Notes under the pieces: model-generated
What the model saw: the letters and a program-made list of their open reading frames with translations, nothing else
Database searches by the model: none
Told to the model about the DNA's origin: nothing
Origin: an uncultured Planctomycetia bacterium
GTDB lineage: Bacteria > Omnitrophota > Gorgyraeia > Duberdicusellales > 4484-171
Direction of reading: 5' to 3'
DNA: 64,000 bases
NCBI GenBank assembly: GCA_964455085.1
Contig: CAYVYJ010000004.1
Coordinates: 22,714 to 86,713 of the forward strand
Program-made: the position numbers and the translations under genes
Shown: positions 30,716-38,993 of the stretch, piece after piece
Position numbering within the stretch: position 1 is the first letter of the stretch
How the letters are laid out: each line of letters begins with the position of its first letter

Positions 30716-31253
30716 AATATTCTTTTACCTCCTTATTCAATATAATTTCGGGGTTGAATTTATTATACACTTTAAAAGTTGTTAAGTAAATTCTCGGTCC
30801 AACATTTTTAAAAAGATTACAAGCCATACTATGACAAAAATACTTTGAATCAAGCGGGGATAGGTGCAATGAAAAAATGATTACACTGGCAAGAAGCGAA
30901 GCTCTAAAAGCTCCGATAACAAACAATAATACCCTTTCACTAAAACGTTTATCTCCTTTCTTGAAAAAAAATGTTACTATTAATCTCAAAATAGCAAAAA
31001 TCAATGTTATCCCGAGAAAAATCAAGAGAAAGGAAATAAAAAGGAAATATTCCCGGTTCAGGAATGGTGCGTTAGCACTTATGATACCGGATAACGAAGT
31101 ATAATAATGAAAAGCAAAAAAAGATCCTAAGAAAAAACTTAAGACCTTAAAACCTTCCCGCAGAATCCCTCGCGAAATTGAAATGTAAATAACTCTTAAA
31201 CAAAGGATTAAAAAGAATAAATCTATTGCAACTTGGCTAAAACTTGCATCCAT
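30669..31253 (-). CDS. CvpA family membrane protein (start at 31253 or 31286)
   Basis: RGILRE motif, four TM helices, ERVL...GAFRA. Confidence 0.8.
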   Translation of the reverse strand: MDASFSQVAIDLFFLILCLRVIYISISRGILREGFKVLSFFLGSFFAFHYYTSLSGIISANAPFLNREYFLFISFLLIFLGITLIFAILRLIVTFFFKKGDKRFSERVLLFVIGAFRASLLASVIIFSLHLSPLDSKYFCHSMACNLFKNVGPRIYLTTFKVYNKFNPEIILNKEVKEYYEVKKFLSRSSKERD

Positions 31254-31305
31254 TGGTTTAAATGCCACCACTATTGTTGGCTTCACCCTTTAACAAGGTA
31301 AATAG

Positions 31306-31334
31306 TATATAGCATACGCACAAAACTTTGTCAA
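31306..31334 (-). promoter_or_regulatory. Putative sigma70 promoter for the cvpA-nif3-dnaG-rpoD run
   Basis: TTGACA, 17 nt, TATATA, with an extended TG. Confidence 0.55.
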
Positions 31335-31391
31335 GTAGCTCTTGGTTAACATTTTATAGCCGGTTTTACACCTGAACTGGGCTTAACCATA

Positions 31392-31420
31392 TTGATTTTT
31401 GGCTATGTTTATGGTAAGTT
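31392..31420 (+). promoter_or_regulatory. Putative sigma70 promoter for the FIST/kinase/DGC operon
   Basis: TTGATT, 17 nt, TAAGTT, with an extended TG. Confidence 0.4.
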
Positions 31421-31510
31421 AAAATCAGTGCCTGCAGTGGGCTGTTTTTGTCTTTAAATGATCAAATGCCTACCTTAATGGATAAAGAATAGGGAAAGGA
31501 GAGAAAATAG

Positions 31511-32638
31511 GTGGAAACGGAAACATTTGCTATAGCCTTTAGTGAACGACCCCAGACAGAAGCAATTAAGGAAGTCGCCTTAAAAATAAAATTAGTCTTT
31601 CCTAAAAAGATAGATTATCTGATTATCTTAACCACGCCTGATTACCACCCTGCAAATATCTTAAAAACCGTAAATCTTACTTTAAAACCAAAACGGATTT
31701 TAGGAATACAGTCTCCCCTTTTAATCTTCGAAGACAAACTAATCACAAAAGGCGTTGTCGCCTGTTGCATAAACAAAGAAGGAGTTGAGTTCAACGAAGC
31801 TTTCTCTAAAGCAACGGGTATCGAAGAAATCGAATCTTTCCTGATTTCTTCATTCAAAAAGTTAAGAAGGCAAGATTACGCTTTCTTCTCCTTTGTCGCA
31901 TCTGGAATTGACCCCACTGCCTATTTAAGGGGAGTAAGGCTGGCTTTGGGTAAGTTTTTTGAACTCTTAGGGGGTGGCTTCACCAAGAAATATTCATCCT
32001 CTAACCCCCAGATTATAAATAATACTCCTAATGAAGGACTAATTAATATTGCCATAAAAGGATTGCGGGTACGTTCATTAAGGTTAGGGGGATATGTGCC
32101 CTTGGGTAAACCTTTCACGATTACTAAAACCACTTCCAACCGAGATGTGATTATAGAAATAGATAACCAACCGGCGATAAATATTTACCAACACTACCTA
32201 GAAGAGAAATTTGAACCCTTTGTAAAAAACCGCCTTTTTTCTTTCTACCCCTTAGGAATCAGCACTGGTGGTTCTTTAAGACTTATTAATATTCTTGACC
32301 GGTTAGAAGACGGATCTTTAATCTGTAGGGGCGAAGCAAAGGAAGGGGGGACTGGACACATTATGTTCCTTGATGCTGCCGTTCCTTCAGAAACTTTAAA
32401 AGACAAATTAGCCCCCCTAAGAAACAATGGACAAGGACTAACTTTTATTATAAACTCTTTAACAAGAAAAAAAACTTTGGGGGAGGGTGCTAAGCAGGAA
32501 ATAGCCTCGATAAAGAGGACTTTAGGCGATAAATCAAAGGTGATCGGGCTATATGCTGACTATTCCTTTGTCTTCGATAAAGAAAGCGGAGACATTGATA
32601 TCGAAACCGGCAATCTCCTCATAACTATGTGGGAATAA
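31511..32638 (+). CDS. FIST N/C domain sensory protein
   Basis: LLGGG, GGYVPLGKPFTIT...IIEIDNQPA..IY..YL, YPLG, DGSL, IGLYAD. Confidence 0.8.
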   Translation: METETFAIAFSERPQTEAIKEVALKIKLVFPKKIDYLIILTTPDYHPANILKTVNLTLKPKRILGIQSPLLIFEDKLITKGVVACCINKEGVEFNEAFSKATGIEEIESFLISSFKKLRRQDYAFFSFVASGIDPTAYLRGVRLALGKFFELLGGGFTKKYSSSNPQIINNTPNEGLINIAIKGLRVRSLRLGGYVPLGKPFTITKTTSNRDVIIEIDNQPAINIYQHYLEEKFEPFVKNRLFSFYPLGISTGGSLRLINILDRLEDGSLICRGEAKEGGTGHIMFLDAAVPSETLKDKLAPLRNNGQGLTFIINSLTRKKTLGEGAKQEIASIKRTLGDKSKVIGLYADYSFVFDKESGDIDIETGNLLITMWE

Positions 32639-32639
32639 C

Positions 32640-34100
32640 ATGATTAACGATTTATTATCACTTGGCCCTCTAGCTAATTTGGTGATTATATTGTCCGGCG
32701 TAGTCGTATTCCTGATAGTTTTCATTGCCAAAAAAATGAAAAATGTTGCTACTTTACGAAAGGAAACAAATCACTCAAGAAAGGTAATTCAAGATTTGGA
32801 TCAGCAGGCAAAATTAATTATAAAAAGTGACATGGAACTAAAATTGTCGCAGCAAGAGATAGAGAATGAACTTAATAAATTGTCCTTAATAAAGAATTTG
32901 CTCATCTCTTCTATCTTCACCTTAGACAGCGATAAGCTCTTCTTGGCCATAGATAAAGAAATTATAAATGCTCTGGGGTTTAAGAAAGGTTTGATTCTCG
33001 ATTTTAATAACTTACAGGAGAAGATCAATATCGGTTTTGAGGCTCCTGACGTAGAAACATTCCAGACAGTTTTTGAAAACAAAAAGGAATTATTGAAAGA
33101 TGTACGGTTCTTGCATCCGGATTCTGAAACTTATAAGAATCTATTCCCTTCAAGCAGGGGCAAAGACATTCTTATTGCCCCGGTAAAAACAAGAGAATTT
33201 ATCTATGCTATATTTATAGTATCTGAACTTACCCTGCATGCTGAAATTCAACAATCAGAAGAAGAAGCATTCTTAATCGTCTGTATGTATCTTAGCCAGT
33301 GCCTTGATAATATACGGCTGTTTGAAGATCTCTACCATACCAAGGATAATCTGGAAAAGAAGATTAAAGAGCGAACTAACGAGTTAGTTAAAAGTTTGAG
33401 AACAATCGAAGTTATCAGTAAAACAAAATCTGACTTCATCTCCAGCGTGTCTCACGAATTAAGAACTCCTCTTACCTCGGTGAAAGGATTTTCTTCCTTG
33501 CTAGTGGGTGAGAAATTTGGTAAATTACCTGCTGGAGCAAGAGAAAGGTTAGCTAAGATTGATGCAAACGTAGACAAACTCATGACTATTGTAAATACTC
33601 TCTTAGACATTTCCCGCATTGAATCAGGCAGGATGGAAGTAAAAACTGCACCATTTGAGATTATAAAATTGATTAAAGATGTAGCAGATTTCCTGAGTCC
33701 CCAAATAGAATCAAAAAAAATCGCCTTGACTTTCAACCTCCCTAAAAGCCTAAATGTGTATATGGATAAAACTCTCATTGAAAGAGTCTTAATCAATCTT
33801 ATAAATAATGCTTTAAAGTTTACACCCTCGGGAGGAGAAATAAAGCTAACTTGTGTTCGGAAGGATAAACAGGCTCTTATCTCGGTAGCCGATACCGGTT
33901 GCGGTATGAAGGAAGAGGATCTGGCAAGAGTATTCCAGGAGTTTTTTAGAGCTAGCAATCCTTCAATTACTAAGATTGAAGGAAGCGGTTTAGGGCTTTC
34001 TTTAGTGAAGAGAATTATTGACACTCATAAAGAAAAAATATGGGCTGAATCTAAACTGGGCAAGGGTACGACTTTCTATTTTACTTTAAGAGTAGCCTAA
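32640..34100 (+). CDS. Membrane-anchored sensor histidine kinase (GAF-like, HisKA, HATPase)
   Basis: SHELRTPL H-box, NLINNALKF, DTGCG, GSGLGL, GKGTTF. Confidence 0.93.
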   Translation: MINDLLSLGPLANLVIILSGVVVFLIVFIAKKMKNVATLRKETNHSRKVIQDLDQQAKLIIKSDMELKLSQQEIENELNKLSLIKNLLISSIFTLDSDKLFLAIDKEIINALGFKKGLILDFNNLQEKINIGFEAPDVETFQTVFENKKELLKDVRFLHPDSETYKNLFPSSRGKDILIAPVKTREFIYAIFIVSELTLHAEIQQSEEEAFLIVCMYLSQCLDNIRLFEDLYHTKDNLEKKIKERTNELVKSLRTIEVISKTKSDFISSVSHELRTPLTSVKGFSSLLVGEKFGKLPAGARERLAKIDANVDKLMTIVNTLLDISRIESGRMEVKTAPFEIIKLIKDVADFLSPQIESKKIALTFNLPKSLNVYMDKTLIERVLINLINNALKFTPSGGEIKLTCVRKDKQALISVADTGCGMKEEDLARVFQEFFRASNPSITKIEGSGLGLSLVKRIIDTHKEKIWAESKLGKGTTFYFTLRVA

Positions 34101-34101
34101 A

Positions 34102-35031
34102 ATGTATAAATTAAAAATATTAATTGTTGATGATAACCCCGATATTTTGGACCTTCTGGAAGCCACTCTTCAGGATGAGTTTGAACTGATAAAAGCCGCC
34201 AGCGGTAACCAGGCCCTGGAGAAGCTAAAGAGTGAAAATCCTAATTTTTTGGTTTTAGACTATGTACTCCCTGATTTAGAAGGCCCGGAAATTTGCAAGA
34301 TAATAAGAAAAGACCCTCTATTTCTAAATACGCCGATACTTATGCTTACCGGAAAAGGAGAAGTAGAAGATAAGGTAGACGGGCTTGAGGCCGGAGCCGA
34401 CGATTACATGCTAAAACCATTTGACCCCCAAGAACTAATTGCCCGAATTAGAATGCTTATAAGACGCTCGGCAGCAAATTTAGACGCTAACCCTTTAACT
34501 CGCCTCCCAGGAAATGTGTCAATCAATAAAGAGTTAACTGAAAAAATACACCGCAAAGAAAAGTTTGCTGTACTTTATATCGATATCGATAACTTTAAAG
34601 CTTTAAACGACTACTATGGATTCGGAGAAGGAGATAACGTGATTAAAGAGACGGCTCGAATCCTTATCGATTCTATCCAAAAAAAGGGAACTGCTAGAGA
34701 TTTTGTGGGGCATATCGGAGGAGATGATTTTGTTATTATCGCAACTCCTGAAAAAGCAGAAGTAATTGCTAAGAAGATACTTGCAGACTTTGACAAAGTT
34801 GCTCCGACCTTCTTCGAAGAAGAAGACCGCCTAAAGGGCTATATTGAAACAAAAGGACGTGATAATCAAATCCATAAATTTGGTTTTATCACTGTATCTA
34901 TCGGAATCATTACTAATACAAAGCAAAATTTTACTCACACTGCCCAGATAAATTCTGTGGGGGCAGAGATGAAAAGTCTGGCCAAAAAATTCCCAGAAAG
35001 CAAATACATACTGGATCAGAGAAGCTCTTAA
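34102..35031 (+). CDS. Response regulator with a diguanylate cyclase (REC-GGDEF) domain
   Basis: IVDD, LDYVLP, KPF; LTRLPGN, DIDNFKALND, GGDDF. Confidence 0.92.
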   Translation: MYKLKILIVDDNPDILDLLEATLQDEFELIKAASGNQALEKLKSENPNFLVLDYVLPDLEGPEICKIIRKDPLFLNTPILMLTGKGEVEDKVDGLEAGADDYMLKPFDPQELIARIRMLIRRSAANLDANPLTRLPGNVSINKELTEKIHRKEKFAVLYIDIDNFKALNDYYGFGEGDNVIKETARILIDSIQKKGTARDFVGHIGGDDFVIIATPEKAEVIAKKILADFDKVAPTFFEEEDRLKGYIETKGRDNQIHKFGFITVSIGIITNTKQNFTHTAQINSVGAEMKSLAKKFPESKYILDQRSS

Positions 35032-35073
35032 ACAAAAACGCAGAATAAATGAACTCTAATGCGAGGGTGGCGG

Positions 35074-35212
35074 TAACAGCTCTTGCGCAGCAAGACAATT
35101 AGTTATCAATATAACAGTTAGCTGTTCCCGCAAAGGATAGAAGATGAAATTAAAACTGTATATCGGGCAACCAGTCAATCATAACCAATGAATCTTAATG
35201 CGAGGGTGGCGG
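35074..35212. mobile_element. 139-bp structured insertion E1, at the 5' end of tRNA-Leu
   Basis: Direct repeat 35048-35073 vs 35187-35212 (23/26 identical, includes the first 13 nt of the tRNA). Plus strand: G|TA-ACAGCT, CTTGC-GCA-GCAAG, GTTAT-CAAT-ATAAC, AGCTGT-TCC. Confidence 0.6.
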
Positions 35213-35283
35213 AATTGGCAGACGCACTAGCTTGAGGGGCTAACGGTAGCGATACCGTAGGGGTTCAAGTCCCCTCCCTCGCA
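35200..35283 (+). tRNA. tRNA-Leu(GAG), CCA not encoded
   Basis: Acceptor stem GCGAGGG/CCCTCGC, D loop GGAATTGGCAGAC, anticodon loop TTGAGGG, long variable arm, GGTTCAAGTCC. Confidence 0.93.
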
Positions 35284-35407
35284 TAGTCTTATTTAATCAG
35301 AAAGCGGCGGCGGACAAAAAAGTCTGTGGTATAGCATAAGATATTTTGGATCCAATAATACCGGTTGAGGCTAAGCCTCAACCGATCGCCTTCGGCGAGA
35401 TTGGATA
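35266..35407. mobile_element. 142-bp structured insertion E2, in the T loop of tRNA-Leu
   Basis: The tRNA 3' end is repeated at 35408-35428 (15/18 identical, followed by CCA). Core: GGA-TCCAAT, GGTTGAGGC-TAA-GCCTCAACC, TCGCC-TTC-GGCGA, ATTGGA-TA. Confidence 0.65.
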
Positions 35408-35438
35408 TAAGTCTCCTCCCTTGCACCAATAATAAGAA

Positions 35439-36203
35439 ATGGCAAAGATTATTTTTCTAGGAACTTCTTCAAGTATCCCGACAAAGAAAAGAGATAACAC
35501 TTCTTTTATCTTCACTAATAATAAACTTACCCTTTTAATCGATTGTCCTGGATCAATAACCCAAAAACTTTTAAAAGTTGGATTGAGTTTCAAAACAATA
35601 AAAAAGATTATTATCACCCACCAGCATCCTGATCATATTTATGGGATAATTTCGCTTATCCACACCCAGGCTTATTTCAATAATCTCTTAACCATATTTG
35701 CTAATCAAGCTTCTATTAAAGTCATTAAAAAACTAATAAAATTATTCCAGCTCGATGAGCCCCAATACCCCAAAATAAAATACATTAACGTATTTAAAAG
35801 AAAATTTTTTCTTCGCCAAGGTGGTATTGAGATAGCCGCGATAAAGAATCGCCACATCCCTGGTTCTTTTGGAGTAAAAATATCCTTTTCCAAAAAGAAA
35901 CTTTTTTACAGCTCCGACACTGCCTTTTCCCAAAAAATGTTAAAGCTAGCCGGTTACATCGACTACCTTATCCACGACTGCACTGCCTCATCTTCATATT
36001 TTAAAGTTCATCCTTCCCTAAACAGAATGCATACTTCATCCAAGGTTCTCAGCGATTATCTAAAGACTTGTCCGAAAGTAAAGCTAATTCCCGTACATTT
36101 TCTTCTCCAGAATAAGAATGAGGAGCGAAGAATAAAAGAGGAATTGCGGCCGATAAGGGACAAGATTATTTGGCCAGAAGACCTTAAAACAATTGTTCTT
36201 TAA
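35439..36203 (+). CDS. Ribonuclease Z-like MBL-fold hydrolase
   Basis: FLGTSSSIP...RDN, LIDC, THQHPDH, YSSDT, HDCT, HTS, PVHF. Confidence 0.8.
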   Translation: MAKIIFLGTSSSIPTKKRDNTSFIFTNNKLTLLIDCPGSITQKLLKVGLSFKTIKKIIITHQHPDHIYGIISLIHTQAYFNNLLTIFANQASIKVIKKLIKLFQLDEPQYPKIKYINVFKRKFFLRQGGIEIAAIKNRHIPGSFGVKISFSKKKLFYSSDTAFSQKMLKLAGYIDYLIHDCTASSSYFKVHPSLNRMHTSSKVLSDYLKTCPKVKLIPVHFLLQNKNEERRIKEELRPIRDKIIWPEDLKTIVL

Positions 36204-36844
36204 CGTTGGTGTTCTAAGACAACTATTCTTTTAAAAGAATCTATGTTTTGCTGGCTAATATCTAAAGAAACTTTCTTCTCGTAATCGGGATTAAGATTTA
36301 GGAACTTCTCCACCCGGTCAATATCAAACCCCAGTTTAGAAGTCTTGTAGTGCATGGGAATGGTAATCTTAGGGACAATCTTTCTTAAGAAATCACTGGC
36401 TTCCTGAGCTCCGATTGTAAATGTCCCTCCTACTGGAATTAAAGCAATATCGATATTAGAGAAAGGGGCCAAGTCAATGTCTTTCGTTCCTAAATCTCCG
36501 AAGTGAACGATCTTTAAGCCCTCGACTTGAATAACAAAAATTATATTGGGACCGCGAGCCCTACCTCTCTCTTTATCATGATAGGATGGTATACCTTGGA
36601 TCTCAAAATCCTTTATCTTAAGCTTACCTTCTTTATCTACAACTTGAGCGGTTTTAAACTCCTCGGTGTGGTTGTGATCAGCATGCTGATGTGAAACAGT
36701 AACAATATCAGCCTCAAGATTAATTGGATCATAACCTACTGCTCCTCCGTATCCACCAGACTCATAAGGGTCAGTGATTAACCTAATCCCTTGGCTGGTC
36801 TCTAATAGAAAACAAGCATGGCCTAACCAACTTATCTTCATCAT
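36200..36844 (-). CDS. MBL-fold metallo-hydrolase (Lactamase_B_3 type)
   Basis: WLGHACF, TDPY, SHQHADH, HFGDLG, PVGG, IPMHY. Confidence 0.9.
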   Translation of the reverse strand: MMKISWLGHACFLLETSQGIRLITDPYESGGYGGAVGYDPINLEADIVTVSHQHADHNHTEEFKTAQVVDKEGKLKIKDFEIQGIPSYHDKERGRARGPNIIFVIQVEGLKIVHFGDLGTKDIDLAPFSNIDIALIPVGGTFTIGAQEASDFLRKIVPKITIPMHYKTSKLGFDIDRVEKFLNLNPDYEKKVSLDISQQNIDSFKRIVVLEHQR

Positions 36845-36980
36845 TATATCTCCTATAGTTCTTTTACCATTTTTACTACTTTATTTTATAAAAGCTTATA
36901 TCCCCTATCAAAAATATTGATGGATACAATATTTGTTGAGGTCAGACCTCAACAGCTCCGCCTTTGGCGGAGATTGTATA
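36842..36980. mobile_element. 139-bp structured insertion E3, at a start codon
   Basis: CATTAT...CTCC at both 36842 and 36981. Core: GGA-TACAAT, GTTGAGGTC-A-GACCTCAAC, CTCCGCC-TTT-GGCGGAG, ATTGTA-TA. Confidence 0.6.
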
Positions 36981-36982
36981 CA

Positions 36983-37660
36983 TTATCCGCTCCCTTCTTG
37001 GGTCTTTATTAATTCCTCTAAGATACTTCGAGATATCCCAATATCAACTATAGATATCTCACCGCAAAGACTCGGGCCTTGGTTTAGATAAAACCCTCTC
37101 TTGGCGGCAATAAAACTTACTGTGTAGTCAGCTTTGATTGCTTGGCCTAAAACTACTCCTTGATCCGGAGATAACCCTGAAGGGATATCGCATGATACTA
37201 CTTTCCTGCCGCTTTTATTGATCAAACCAATAACTTCGTGCAGGAAAGGACTAACTTCCCCTTTTACTCCAATTCCTAAAATGCCTTCAAGGATAAAGTC
37301 TCTATCACCAAAAAACTCTTTAAGCTTGGGAGCATTGCTGCTGGTAATCGAGTGGACTCGGCAACCTATTTTCGCAAGCAGGTCTCTTTGAAAAGCTGCC
37401 TCTGGCCCTAACTGCTTATCTTCTAATGCTACTATCACCAGATCATAACCATTTGATAAGAGCTTGCGGCTGCAACTTAAGACATCGGCACCATTATTAC
37501 CCCTACCGGAAATCACCAAAGCTCTTTTGCCTAAATCCAAACTGTCAATAACCTTAAAGAGATTACTGGCTGCATTCTCAATCAGTATTCTCTCCTCTAG
37601 GCCAATTTTTTTAGCTAAAGTTTCGAGCTCTCTTAGCTTGCTTGTGCTCAAGCCACTCAT
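36983..37660 (-). CDS. nnrE: NAD(P)H-hydrate epimerase (YjeF N-terminal domain)
   Basis: LIENA, GRGNNGAD, GILGIG, DIPSG, DIGI. Confidence 0.88.
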   Translation of the reverse strand: MSGLSTSKLRELETLAKKIGLEERILIENAASNLFKVIDSLDLGKRALVISGRGNNGADVLSCSRKLLSNGYDLVIVALEDKQLGPEAAFQRDLLAKIGCRVHSITSSNAPKLKEFFGDRDFILEGILGIGVKGEVSPFLHEVIGLINKSGRKVVSCDIPSGLSPDQGVVLGQAIKADYTVSFIAAKRGFYLNQGPSLCGEISIVDIGISRSILEELIKTQEGSG

Positions 37661-37711
37661 TTGCTAATCCTTTATCTTTTACGGTCTTTTAATCAAGGAA
37701 GGCGTCGGTCT

Positions 37712-38683
37712 TTAGTGCGCTTCTTTATCTTTGTCTTTCTTCTTAAACAAATCCAAAAATCTATCTTCATATTCTTTGTAAACATTCCAATGGTCAAGTT
37801 CGCTCTTCAGTTGATTAGCCAAAGTTATATCTTTTTCGGACTCCTTAAAAAGATTATCTATCTTTTCGCGGATTGATTGAGGCAGCTTGGTGTAGGCAGC
37901 TAAATCATTCTTTATCTTATCGATGTCTTCATCGCTTAAAGGACTGTGTTTAGAAGAAGGGGTTTCTCCTTTTAAGTAAGTGATAAGCTTCTCTATTTCA
38001 TCCTCAATGAATTTACTTCGTGCGGCTATAGAAGAAAGATTTAGATTTAATTTAAGATACTGGTTGATTACATCTAAAATACCATTAGTTGCTTTAGGGT
38101 TCTCGATCTGGACGGTATAGAAAGGTATTTCCCCTAACAAACACACTCCTTTTACGCCTTTCTTTTTTCCCACTCCTAAGATAATACCGTTAAGACCACT
38201 TATCTGTCCCGCTTTTAAAACCTTTAGATTAAATTTCTCAAAAGGTTTTAAAGACTCATTATGAGTGGCGGCTAACCAGACCATAGGCTTAGTTTTGTGG
38301 TCAATAGCTTCGGGTTTGGCAGCGAAAGTAAACATCAGTTGTACCCTATATTTCTTTATGAAGTTAATGATCATTAAAGAGAGAGCTTGGGCATGCTCAA
38401 GCGGAGGTTGAACTTCGCCTAAGAAAAGAATTATGTCCGGCGAATTCTTACCCTTGTAATAGTAGAAGAATCCTGCCGGCATATCAGGGATGGTAATAAC
38501 TCCTTTATCTACAGCTACTGCTGCCGGTTTAAAAAACTGATGGGCCGTGAGTTTAGCAAAAACCTTAAACCCCAAAACTTCCTTTAGGAAGAGTGAGGCG
38601 CGATAAGCTACCTCTCCCATTCCTGGCCAGGCAGCGATAAAAATTGGATTTTTTAGCTTAGGTGTTGCTATTTCTTTAATCAT
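37712..38683 (-). CDS. PAC2 (proteasome assembly chaperone 2) family protein (start at 38683 or 38707)
   Basis: FIAAWPGMGEVA, GEVQP, ISGLNG, CLLGEIP, NPKA. Confidence 0.85.
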   Translation of the reverse strand: MIKEIATPKLKNPIFIAAWPGMGEVAYRASLFLKEVLGFKVFAKLTAHQFFKPAAVAVDKGVITIPDMPAGFFYYYKGKNSPDIILFLGEVQPPLEHAQALSLMIINFIKKYRVQLMFTFAAKPEAIDHKTKPMVWLAATHNESLKPFEKFNLKVLKAGQISGLNGIILGVGKKKGVKGVCLLGEIPFYTVQIENPKATNGILDVINQYLKLNLNLSSIAARSKFIEDEIEKLITYLKGETPSSKHSPLSDEDIDKIKNDLAAYTKLPQSIREKIDNLFKESEKDITLANQLKSELDHWNVYKEYEDRFLDLFKKKDKDKEAH

Positions 38684-38722
38684 CCTAAATACTCTACCAT
38701 AAGTCAAACAAAAAACAAATAA

Positions 38723-38885
38723 AAAAACCCCACCTTTTATCCGTTACAGGCGATCGCTATCAGTCCCTCGATATACAAGTGGGCACCGCATCATTACCGC
38801 CCAAACGATAAGAGATATTGGCTCCCTAATAAGGGTGTTGGCTGTAGCGCTCTTACCTGCTGACGCAATAGGCAGGGTTTTGTTT
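38723..38885 (-). ncRNA. ssrS: Probable 6S RNA
   Basis: About 160 nt downstream of pheT, a common 6S location. The ends pair (AAAACCCTGCCT / AGGTGGGGTTTT), there are internal CCAACACC...TAGGGAG and GGTGCCCAC segments, and it has its own strong promoter. Boundaries are approximate. Confidence 0.7.
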
Positions 38886-38911
38886 CGCCTTGTTGTCTTC
38901 AGGTTAAACTT

Positions 38912-38940
38912 ATTATACCCCAAGTATCCTCTATTTTCAA
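38912..38940 (-). promoter_or_regulatory. Near-consensus sigma70 promoter for the 6S RNA
   Basis: TTGAAA, 17 nt, TATAAT. Confidence 0.7.
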
Positions 38941-38993
38941 GATAGCTACTAGCCGGCTACAAAAAACCACTCTCAGGTGAATCAAAACAATCT

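Noticed and set aside
35048-35428. Prophage or genomic-island att sites at tRNA-Leu (also tRNA-Arg)
   Set aside because: The repeats are only about 140 bp apart with no integrase or cargo, and the same structured core occurs at non-tRNA sites.
36922-36980. Hairpins in E1-E5 as rho-independent terminators
   Set aside because: No U-tract follows the stems, two copies lie inside operons, and termination would not explain the duplications or the fixed length.
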